The notes under the pieces are model-generated. The model did no database searches, had not been told where the DNA came from, and saw only the letters and a program-made list of their open reading frames with translations. Below, one piece after another: positions 56,776-64,000 of a stretch of DNA of 64,000 nucleotides (positions are counted from its first letter, which is position 1; each line of letters begins with the position of its first letter). The position numbers were made by a program, and so were the translations under genes. The stretch spans positions 186,001-250,000 of IMG/VR virus record IMGVR_UViG_3300028654_000001. The stretch is one strand, 5' to 3'.

Positions 56776-57744
56776 TTACAGTCTTTGGATCTTCGGGGGT
56801 TTTCCTGGGTCCACTCCCTTGGCCTTGGCCAAGTCCACCAATGAGGATGCTATCTTGTTCGAGACCAATTGAGAGGTTCCGGTAGCCTCGAGAGCTGCCT
56901 TGGCCCCATCAACGGTTACGACCTTCTCACAGACACCCATCGTGGTTGCAATGAGCTCACAGATGTCCTCCTCATCTTGAAGGAGCAGGACATTCTCTGG
57001 CCCAAGTAACTTCTTCCAAGCATCCTGGATCTTGGTATCACGACCATGGTTGGTGTGCTGGGGTATGATGTAGAAGACGTTGTACCGTTGCTGACACTCC
57101 TTGATGATGTCAGCAGTTGGTATCTCAGCTACTTCCATTGTCTCTCCGAAGAGAGTTTTGACCGACTCACGTCTTACCGCCGGATGCGCGTACTCATCAC
57201 CAATGATGAATAAGTAGCCCTTTTTCTGTCGTTTCTCCCAACAGTCGATCTTGGTATGTCGAGCGAAGAAGTAGATGGCATTCTGGTAGGACTCACCGTT
57301 GTTACCCCCACCGTTACCCTCGAGCCAGAAGGACTCGAGGTCTTCATCCATCCGGTTGTCACTCTCGAATTGACCAAACTGAGCTGAGCCTCGGTCTGAG
57401 AACTCATCCCCGACAGCCCCAAACAAGATCTGAGTATCTGGAATACCAACTTTGCCAATTAGGCCGTGTAGCTTAGGGAGTTTCCCGTGAGCTACACGAG
57501 GTACCGACTCCATTGACCCAGTGACATCCAGGATAATCCCAACTGCAATTGAGTTTGGGTGCTCCAATGAGTCACAAGACTCGCGTATTGCCACCCCAAG
57601 TGGATTCAGACGTGGGTGAACATTCTGCTGGTCCCGTGGTTTTGACGCCTGTGCAGCGTGGTGTGCAAAGGTTGGCTGACCAGTCTGTTGACGAGTCGTG
57701 CTCCTTTGTTGATAGAAATCATGACTCCAACTTCCGCCTCCCAT
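56776..57744 (-). CDS. vWA-domain protein
   Basis: MIDAS ILDVTGSM, AVGD, QFESD, EGNGGG..ESY, LFIIGDE. Confidence 0.85.
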   Translation of the reverse strand: MGGGSWSHDFYQQRSTTRQQTGQPTFAHHAAQASKPRDQQNVHPRLNPLGVAIRESCDSLEHPNSIAVGIILDVTGSMESVPRVAHGKLPKLHGLIGKVGIPDTQILFGAVGDEFSDRGSAQFGQFESDNRMDEDLESFWLEGNGGGNNGESYQNAIYFFARHTKIDCWEKRQKKGYLFIIGDEYAHPAVRRESVKTLFGETMEVAEIPTADIIKECQQRYNVFYIIPQHTNHGRDTKIQDAWKKLLGPENVLLLQDEEDICELIATTMGVCEKVVTVDGAKAALEATGTSQLVSNKIASSLVDLAKAKGVDPGKPPKIQRL

Positions 57745-57800
57745 GAGAGACCTCTACTTTCCTTCATGTTTACTGTTAGAACAACTCGTTGTGGTCTGAT

Positions 57801-58046
57801 CTAATCTTCATCGTCTCTAAGAATCCGATCGAACCGAGTACTCCCAAGAAGCGTTGTACTCGGTTTACTAGACACCGATGGCACTTCATCGGTGTCTAGA
57901 ATTCGATCGAATCGAGTTGGTCGAGAAGTACTTTGGGTATCTGGTACTTGACTCCGAATAGGCTCTACACCCGCTTGACTTTTAGGCTCTTGTTTTCTAC
58001 GAGACATAAGAGTGTAGAAGTCATCTGTCCAAAAACCGCCGCCCAT
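57801..58046 (-). CDS. mini-protein: copy of the vWA N-terminus + two TRFDR tags
   Basis: MGGGFWTDDFY vs MGGGSWSHDFY; PTRFDRIL and STRFDRIL. Confidence 0.8.
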   Translation of the reverse strand: MGGGFWTDDFYTLMSRRKQEPKSQAGVEPIRSQVPDTQSTSRPTRFDRILDTDEVPSVSSKPSTTLLGSTRFDRILRDDED

Positions 58047-58053
58047 AAGCCTC

Positions 58054-59442
58054 TTAGACCCGTGAAAGATTCTTCTCTGAATTCTTTCGAACTTCTGAGA
58101 ACTTCATGTCACGTATGAGCTTGCCGTTTTCGAAGACAACCTGAAGCACGTCTGACTTGGTTGACCCAGCTGGAACCGACTTGAACTCCCCACCTTCCAT
58201 AATGAGGCTCAGTCGCCCCGACTTTGAAACCTTGCCTGGATCAGTAACAGGATCTTTGAACACGGGCACGGTTGCCCCTGTATCAGTTGTGATCTCCGAG
58301 CACTTCAGAGCCCACTTCTGGGTATCGCGATCCAACTGCTGAAGTAAGCCGCCGCCCATACCGAAGGCAATGTTCGAGGTTGAGTACTTGTGAGCCGTTA
58401 TTGTGGCAAGGATCTCACGAAGTGAGTCAATGTTGATGCCGTCACCTTGAATGAGCTTGAAGTAGGGGGGAAGAACCTTGAACCCACGCATGTTCCTGGT
58501 CATCCCAAGCTTGTTCTCAAGTGTCTGTAGGCACCGAAGAACCATTGCGGGTGGATCCCCTGAATCAGGTCGGATCACCAAGCAACCACCAGAATTCTTT
58601 ACCTGATCAAGGAGCTCTCCGCACCACATGTTCTCGATAACATTGAAGATATCGTAACTATCCGACACACAGGCAACGACCTTGTCCTTTTTCAGGAACT
58701 GAGTGATCATGTTGCGGTAGGCGAGGAGCTCTCGTTCACGGCCCCACGAAGTAATGCTCGAATGCTCAGCCGCTGGGATTGAGAATCCGGCCATGGGCTC
58801 ACCATAGAAAGCCCTAGCAAACATGATCCCTTCGAGGGTATCGGTACCCCTGAAGTTCACGAGATGGCTCATACCTCCGATGCCAGCCGATTCATGTGAG
58901 CTGACCCCTCGGGCTCCGAAGTCGTGCAGCTTGAAGTAGATCTCGGCCCAAGGATCGTTGGCTGTCTCCAATAGGTGCTCGAGAATGACTCGCTTGCAGT
59001 AGTAGGACTGGGTGGCCACCGTACTCGGGTACCATGTGCGAACAATCTGAGCTTCTAACCAACTGGCTGCCCAGAAGGTATCAGCGCCGCCGGTGCTCTC
59101 CAATGATAGGACAATGTTCCGGGTTGGAACCTCCAGACCCTCAGGCACCGCCTTGATCCTCACAGGCCAGTACCCACCGTTGGCCACTATTTTCCCAAAA
59201 CCTTCTGCATTGAATGGCTCCCCATGAGCCTCCAGAACCTCCTTGGCTTCGACAACATCCGCGTCCGTGATGGGTGTCGTAAGGTATTCCTTGATCAGGT
59301 ACTGCAGTCCAAAGAAAATTGTAGATCCGAACTTACCACCCCGTGACTCCATGTAATCGTACATCCCAGTGGTGCTCGGTGGGTAAGTCAGCCAATGGGC
59401 TGACTTATAACTGTCTGTATTTAATATTGGATTGAATCTCAT
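58054..59442 (-). CDS. nadV: nicotinamide phosphoribosyltransferase (NAMPT)
   Basis: TDSYK, FFGLQY, WYP.TVAT, LHDFGARG, PAAEHS, VSDSYD, IRPDSGDP, QGDG, FGMGG.LLQ, KDP.TD.GK.SK.GR. Confidence 0.95.
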   Translation of the reverse strand: MRFNPILNTDSYKSAHWLTYPPSTTGMYDYMESRGGKFGSTIFFGLQYLIKEYLTTPITDADVVEAKEVLEAHGEPFNAEGFGKIVANGGYWPVRIKAVPEGLEVPTRNIVLSLESTGGADTFWAASWLEAQIVRTWYPSTVATQSYYCKRVILEHLLETANDPWAEIYFKLHDFGARGVSSHESAGIGGMSHLVNFRGTDTLEGIMFARAFYGEPMAGFSIPAAEHSSITSWGRERELLAYRNMITQFLKKDKVVACVSDSYDIFNVIENMWCGELLDQVKNSGGCLVIRPDSGDPPAMVLRCLQTLENKLGMTRNMRGFKVLPPYFKLIQGDGINIDSLREILATITAHKYSTSNIAFGMGGGLLQQLDRDTQKWALKCSEITTDTGATVPVFKDPVTDPGKVSKSGRLSLIMEGGEFKSVPAGSTKSDVLQVVFENGKLIRDMKFSEVRKNSEKNLSRV

Positions 59443-59451
59443 CTTGTCCTC

Positions 59452-60183
59452 TCATAACTCGAAGTTAAAACCGCTTTGAACTGCTTTATCGTACTTCTTC
59501 TGGTCAAATCTGTAAAGTTGGGCAGGCCTGCCTAGTTTAGGATGGATTGCACCACCGACCCCAACTAGGATGCCCATGAGGATAATTCGGCGTCTGAAGT
59601 TACCCTTATCAAGCTTCTTCTGAAGGATCGCTTCGTATAACTGTTGCAACTGCCCGAGAGTGAACGTCGTCGGTAGCAGGTTGAAACCTATTGGAGCGTA
59701 TCTGATCTTCCCTTGAAGTCGGTTAAGGGCTAACTCTAGGATCTTCTTGTGATCAAAAGCCAACTTCATTCGACTCAGCTTATTAACTGAAGTCCAGACA
59801 GCCAGGTCTGCATCGTCCCCGCCGACGATATCTTCGTAGTCGGTTTTTCTAACCAAGGCGAAGTAAGCAACTGAGATGACTCTCCCGCGTGGATCACGAA
59901 ATGGATCTCCAAAGGTATAGAGTTGTTCCAGATACTCGAAACGGGCTCCGGTCTCCTCTTCTACCTCGCGTACAACAGCTGCTTCTAAGCTCTCATTACC
60001 CCCAATGTTGACGTAACCCCCTGGAAGTGCCCAGTGATGTTTGAAAGGGTCCCTAGCCCGTCGAATTAGAAGAACCTTGAGTGGGTTGTCCTCGTCACTT
60101 GGATCAAAGCCGAATACAATTCCATCTACGGTAAGGGCTGACATCGGCCAATCGTAAACGAACCTCTTCTTTTCTTTGGTCAC
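59452..60183 (-). CDS. nrtR: NrtR-type Nudix-wHTH transcriptional regulator
   Basis: WALPGG..RE..EETG Nudix box, LEQLYTF..RDPRGR, LAFDH, FTL..LQ..YE.IL..NFRR..GRPA.LY. Confidence 0.9.
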   Translation of the reverse strand: MTKEKKRFVYDWPMSALTVDGIVFGFDPSDEDNPLKVLLIRRARDPFKHHWALPGGYVNIGGNESLEAAVVREVEEETGARFEYLEQLYTFGDPFRDPRGRVISVAYFALVRKTDYEDIVGGDDADLAVWTSVNKLSRMKLAFDHKKILELALNRLQGKIRYAPIGFNLLPTTFTLGQLQQLYEAILQKKLDKGNFRRRIILMGILVGVGGAIHPKLGRPAQLYRFDQKKYDKAVQSGFNFEL

Positions 60184-60524
60184 TTGTCAATCCCCAGAAA
60201 CTTCTTAGTAATTGATGCAGCCTCAACCATTGGAATCTTTCTGTGTGAAACGGTTCTGTTGAGCTTTGGCCTGAAGTACACGATGCAGGCCATCTCTAGC
60301 AGGTCTAAGTCAGCCTCTGGGTCAACTCTTCGTATGAAGATCTGATCGAATTCCTTTGACTTATGCCTGACTATAGCTGAATGAACGCTAATTGATTGAC
60401 CTATATACATCAACTCCCCTAATAGGAATAGAAAATAAATCACAGAGGTTCTATACACCTCGACTTCTTCAAGGAGTTTTGCCTCAACCTCCTCGGTTAC
60501 TACCTTCCGTATGATCTTGGCCAT
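60180..60524 (-). CDS. GIY-YIG-like small protein
   Basis: VIYFL..MYIGQS..H..E..I..P.LN. Confidence 0.6.
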   Translation of the reverse strand: MAKIIRKVVTEEVEAKLLEEVEVYRTSVIYFLFLLGELMYIGQSISVHSAIVRHKSKEFDQIFIRRVDPEADLDLLEMACIVYFRPKLNRTVSHRKIPMVEAASITKKFLGIDK

Positions 60525-60538
60525 CCGTGGTCGGATAC

Positions 60539-60559
60539 TTATAGTAGAAGTGACAATAA
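60539..60559. promoter_or_regulatory. candidate NrtR operator
   Basis: TTATAGT-N7-ACAATAA imperfect palindrome (GT-N7-AC core) just upstream of the nrtR-nadV operon. Confidence 0.65.
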
Positions 60560-60656
60560 GTCAAGGTAGAAAAGAATATTTCTGTAACCAGTTGTAATCA
60601 TTACGGTTAACCAAATGACTCTCACATTTTTGACATACTTGGTGTAAAGGTGCCAA

Positions 60657-61118
60657 ATGCCAGTGCAAAGGCGAGGGCGTGCGGTTGACTTTGTAAAGGA
60701 AATCCTGAACCACGAGCACAGAGACTGGGTTCGATCCGATGACCCAAGCACTTCCAGTTGGGGCTTCGAGTGTCGGATTTGCAAATCCCGCTACCTAATA
60801 GCCATCGAAGCCTTCCGATACCAAGGGGGCGACCGCTACTCGAATGCTCTCCGAGATTGTGCAATGGATCCGAGAAAGGATCCATTGGAGACAGTTCTTG
60901 GGTTCGATTGTATCGCCTGTCATACGACTGAGGGCGTCAAACTGGAACCTTCAAGAACTCAATATGGTACAACGTATCCTCGAACGAGGTTCGAACGAAT
61001 ACTTGACCCTGAGCCAGAAGATCCTAACATCGACATCCCTCTCTGCCGAAGTTGCGCAGAGGATCATCATTCGTACTGGGATGAAATGTGGCAGATGGTT
61101 CGATATGATCAGATGTGA
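60657..61118 (+). CDS. Zn-finger protein with internal TRFER tag
   Basis: CRIC, CIAC, CRSC..H; YPRTRFERIL; GGTGTA 10 nt upstream. Confidence 0.75.
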   Translation: MPVQRRGRAVDFVKEILNHEHRDWVRSDDPSTSSWGFECRICKSRYLIAIEAFRYQGGDRYSNALRDCAMDPRKDPLETVLGFDCIACHTTEGVKLEPSRTQYGTTYPRTRFERILDPEPEDPNIDIPLCRSCAEDHHSYWDEMWQMVRYDQM

Positions 61119-61468
61119 GGAAGCAAATGAAAGAAGTTAGGTATTTCACCTGCGAAACTGTCAGTGAGGCTAAGTGGTCCCTAATCGCAGAGGATCACCG
61201 ACCTCGCCTTGATGTCCGCTTCTTCGGACTGAGACGGGACATCGAGGGTCGCCCCGAGGAAGAGGTCTACCAGGTCAAAGACCCAAACTATGCAAAACTT
61301 TACCAGGAGATCAACAACCAAACTCCTGGCAGCTACGTCTTCAGGAAGTTCAAACTTACCCAAGCCGAGTGGTGCTGGATTCGCGGCGTCATCCACAGCC
61401 TGATGTGTGACAACGCTACCTCGGTACCAATCGAGGCTATCTTAGTGGGGGACTCAAAGGCTCTTTAG
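61115..61468 (+). CDS. hypothetical protein
   Basis: Coupled to the previous gene. Confidence 0.65.
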   Translation: MRKQMKEVRYFTCETVSEAKWSLIAEDHRPRLDVRFFGLRRDIEGRPEEEVYQVKDPNYAKLYQEINNQTPGSYVFRKFKLTQAEWCWIRGVIHSLMCDNATSVPIEAILVGDSKAL

Positions 61469-62236
61469 TCCTTCAACCATCTTGTCGACCCGAGCCCAAA
61501 GATCGGTGAGGGTCGAGTTGTTGTCCAATACCCAATCGAAGTCATCGTCATGTAGGGAAAGTAAATCATTCTCACTCTTGTGATCTGGGGATACTTTGAT
61601 CTCTTTGACCTTCCGCTTCACACGGACAAGCTTTCCACCAGCTTTGCGAACGGCCTCAGCTTCATTCTGATATCGTAGGTCGGTGAGTACCACGTCTGTA
61701 CGAGGTACTCCAATGAGGACCGGGCCTCCCTTGATCCCAGAGCAATGAAAGTTTGGGTTACTTGAGTGACGGGCTTCAGCAAGTTGGTAGAGTCCCAGCT
61801 TCTGGTCGTACCCAAACTTGCCGGTAGCCAGCCTGTTGGTCATACGGATAGCGTACTCCGCCCAGATAGGCTCGTAGCACTCATTGCGCCCCCACCCGTC
61901 ACCCAAGGTTTGGAGAGCGTGCCTGACCGTCAAGCAAACTTGAGTATGGTCCTCAGCGGAATGAACTAAGGGACTTCCTCCGAAGATAGTTCTGGGGTAC
62001 CTCGGATCTTCCTTGTTCCGATTCTCACTCGGACCCCACAACTGGTCATCAGTGAAATCAAACACATCTTTCAGGATACGCTTAAGGGGATCAGCAAAAG
62101 CAATCGGAACATAGTTGTGGGCTTGAACTAGCTGTCTAGCAGCTTCGTCCTTACCCGCACCGGCGCTACCTCTCTTACGGGAGAGCCCATTGAACCAACC
62201 AGCCTCAGTGGTGAGACCCGAGATAGCTATCAACAT
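61454..62236 (-). CDS. deoxynucleoside monophosphate kinase
   Basis: GAGKD, FADPLK, R..LQ.LG..WGR, DLRY.NE, H.SE. Confidence 0.88.
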   Translation of the reverse strand: MLIAISGLTTEAGWFNGLSRKRGSAGAGKDEAARQLVQAHNYVPIAFADPLKRILKDVFDFTDDQLWGPSENRNKEDPRYPRTIFGGSPLVHSAEDHTQVCLTVRHALQTLGDGWGRNECYEPIWAEYAIRMTNRLATGKFGYDQKLGLYQLAEARHSSNPNFHCSGIKGGPVLIGVPRTDVVLTDLRYQNEAEAVRKAGGKLVRVKRKVKEIKVSPDHKSENDLLSLHDDDFDWVLDNNSTLTDLWARVDKMVEGLKSL

Positions 62237-62245
62237 GTACTCGGA

Positions 62246-63493
62246 CTACACCGAGTAAGGGACGAGGCCTTCGTCTGAGTTCAATATAGACCAAAGGATC
62301 ATTCCTAGTGTAGACCAATCTACACTAGTCTTATCTATAGACGAGGAATCATTGACCAAGTCCCTAAGCTTGATTACCTCAACGTAGGTTTTCTCTGTGT
62401 CAACCTCTATACCGAAAGTCTCTCCGGATTGAGCTATTCCCATAAGGTGGTCTCGCTCAGCCTTAGTGATCCTCCCGTAGAACAACGTGCTTGTGTGAGC
62501 TGATAGAGTACCTGCCAGCTGCAAGGTACCCAGCTCCTTGAGTCGAGCTGGGTCTATGGTGAAAGAGGTTTCCTCGTGGAGCTCTTCGAGGGCCACTTTC
62601 TTGGTCTCCCCTTTATCTTCCTTGGCGCTCCCACCTGGTAGCTCAATAATATACCCTGTATTAGTCCTAGCCGGGCTTCTAAACTCTTTTACCAAGAGAA
62701 CCTCAGTATCCCACAGATGCTTGAGACCCTCTTCCTCAGGACGGTAGAGAAGCGCTACAGATGAGACGTCTGAACGTCCGAACACGAACTCATTTTTCTT
62801 GGCCCTTTGTTCGGCTGCAATCCAAACATTGACATGAAGGCACCAGCAAAAGACTTTGTCCATCTGCTGTCCCACCCGGAATGTCCAAAGGACTCGAGCA
62901 CTGTCCAGGCGGTTGCCAGCGGCCGTCTGGGACTTATACCACCTCTGGAAGGTGGTGTCCTTCCAGACGAGCAAGGGTACCTGAGCTTCGCCGCCGACTC
63001 GTAGGGAACCCTCTCCCAGGCTCTTGACGGCATCCTCGAGGGTGGTGTCCAGTGTCGAGTAGTTGGCCACCTTCAACTTGGTAGCCATGTGCTGAATGTA
63101 TTGAACCTTCTGAGCATCAGGTGGGGTACCAAGAATCACCTTCCCTGTGTCTGCCCAGACTCCGAATTCGACATTGGTTGTAAGACCTGGGAGAGTATTC
63201 AGATCTCGAGGAATCCAGAAAACAATCACATCAGCCATATTCAGTGCGGAGGTTTCCCACTCAACCTGGTCGACGTAATCTCCGAACACTTTTCCATCAC
63301 GAGGTTCCGGAACAAATACGTGACCATCGAACCCAAGCTTCTCAAGTAGTTCGAGGGCTTCGGGTCTCCAACTCTTGGTTTCCTTATCCCTAGGTGTAGG
63401 CCCCGCCAAAAACAGACTCTTCACAACCTCTGTGGGAAGATCCTCTTTAGCATAGACCACCTTCATGCCCGACTTCCATGTCTCTGGATTCAT
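62246..63493 (-). CDS. nucleoside deoxyribosyltransferase-like domain fused to a Nudix hydrolase
   Basis: LFLAGPTPR..SWR..WE..ADVIVFW..TTNVEFG; EFRSP..ELPGGS..ALEELHEET. Confidence 0.8.
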   Translation of the reverse strand: MNPETWKSGMKVVYAKEDLPTEVVKSLFLAGPTPRDKETKSWRPEALELLEKLGFDGHVFVPEPRDGKVFGDYVDQVEWETSALNMADVIVFWIPRDLNTLPGLTTNVEFGVWADTGKVILGTPPDAQKVQYIQHMATKLKVANYSTLDTTLEDAVKSLGEGSLRVGGEAQVPLLVWKDTTFQRWYKSQTAAGNRLDSARVLWTFRVGQQMDKVFCWCLHVNVWIAAEQRAKKNEFVFGRSDVSSVALLYRPEEEGLKHLWDTEVLLVKEFRSPARTNTGYIIELPGGSAKEDKGETKKVALEELHEETSFTIDPARLKELGTLQLAGTLSAHTSTLFYGRITKAERDHLMGIAQSGETFGIEVDTEKTYVEVIKLRDLVNDSSSIDKTSVDWSTLGMILWSILNSDEGLVPYSV

Positions 63494-63557
63494 GGTCCAG
63501 AATTACACCGGAAGTTGGGTACCTAGTTTACTAAACCCCTTATCGGAGTGTTCAAGC

Positions 63558-64000
63558 ATGGCATCGGACCTCCACCTAATCCAACGGGTAGCATCAAAGT
63601 GGTCGAGTAAGGATTTTGAGTCAAGGTATGCCCGCCTTCTGCTTTCGATGTCAAGGGATCAAGCCAAAAAGGTCCTTGGTTTCCCTCCAAATGCTAACCC
63701 ATCAGAAAGTGAAATTACCAAGAACTATAGGGAGTTGGCTCTTAGGAACCACCCTGATCGTGGTGGTGATCTTGACACAATGGTGGAGATCAATGTTGCC
63801 AAGGATGTGCTGACCGGAAAGGCTCAGGAACGTTGGCAACCAGAGCCGAGCCCAGAGCGTACTAAATACAAGCCACCCCCACGTCCAGAGGCAGCCTACA
63901 CAGTGAAAGGGGTTCCATTTGCCGCCGCTTGGTCTGGAGCAGGGGTCCCAAGTGGCACTGATTGGAAGTTCGTCAGTGAGCAAGTTAGCTTGTACAGTAA
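63558..64000 (+). CDS. J-domain protein (3'-truncated by the window edge; absent from the ORF track)
   Basis: MASDLHLIQRVASKW..AKKVLGF..EITKNYRELALRNHPDRGGD..M.EIN.A.D.L; frame open to the end. Confidence 0.85.
   Translation, partial: MASDLHLIQRVASKWSSKDFESRYARLLLSMSRDQAKKVLGFPPNANPSESEITKNYRELALRNHPDRGGDLDTMVEINVAKDVLTGKAQERWQPEPSPERTKYKPPPRPEAAYTVKGVPFAAAWSGAGVPSGTDWKFVSEQVSLYS

Noticed and set aside
13522-61004. TRFER-coding DNA (often containing TCGA/TTCGAA) as a dispersed DNA repeat, att site or CRISPR-like repeat
   Set aside because: Copies differ at synonymous positions, always keep reading frame and gene orientation, and are irregularly spaced.
1-64000. Stop-codon reassignment as in some jumbo phages
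   Set aside because: Known enzymes are full length in the standard code and end in TAA, TAG and TGA; only one isolated in-frame stop was found.
1-64000. tRNA genes or CRISPR array
   Set aside because: No cloverleaf with a T-loop consensus and no regularly spaced repeats were seen by eye; tRNAscan was not run.

Overview
Gene-dense (~105 CDSs, standard genetic code, frequent strand switches) accessory region of a very large (jumbo-type) bacteriophage. No rRNA, tRNA, CRISPR array or intact head/tail module was seen. Stand-alone receiver domains, a kinase-like protein and the CCA/CoaD enzymes suggest a signalling-rich host such as Myxococcota (inference only). Recognisable genes cover nucleotide and cofactor metabolism (pyrF, pyrE, tdk, dNMP kinase, HD nucleotidase, three nucleoside deoxyribosyltransferase-like proteins, coaD, purA-like), NAD salvage (NAMPT, NMNAT-like, NrtR with a matching operator), RNA/tRNA repair (CCA enzyme, RNA ligase-like, HAD, 2H phosphoesterase), NADAR, two AAA ATPases, two HNH endonucleases, a papain-like peptidase, a phosphatase and cell-wall hydrolases. 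The main unexplained signal is a short peptide tag, (P)-[TS]-R-[FL]-[EDQH]-[RH] ('TRFER'). It is present in 21 mostly unrelated ORFs (17 near the C-terminus) and is conserved as protein, not DNA. Several tagged proteins appear to be built from fragments of other proteins (major capsid, terminase, tail-fibre-like domain, the neighbouring vWA protein), suggesting a modular 'bait + common tag' system. Two phage-specific upstream motifs (GGTGTA-N8-15-start; ACTAA-N4-CTTAT-N14-ATG) split the genes into apparent expression classes. All family assignments come from motif recognition by eye; no database searches were run.
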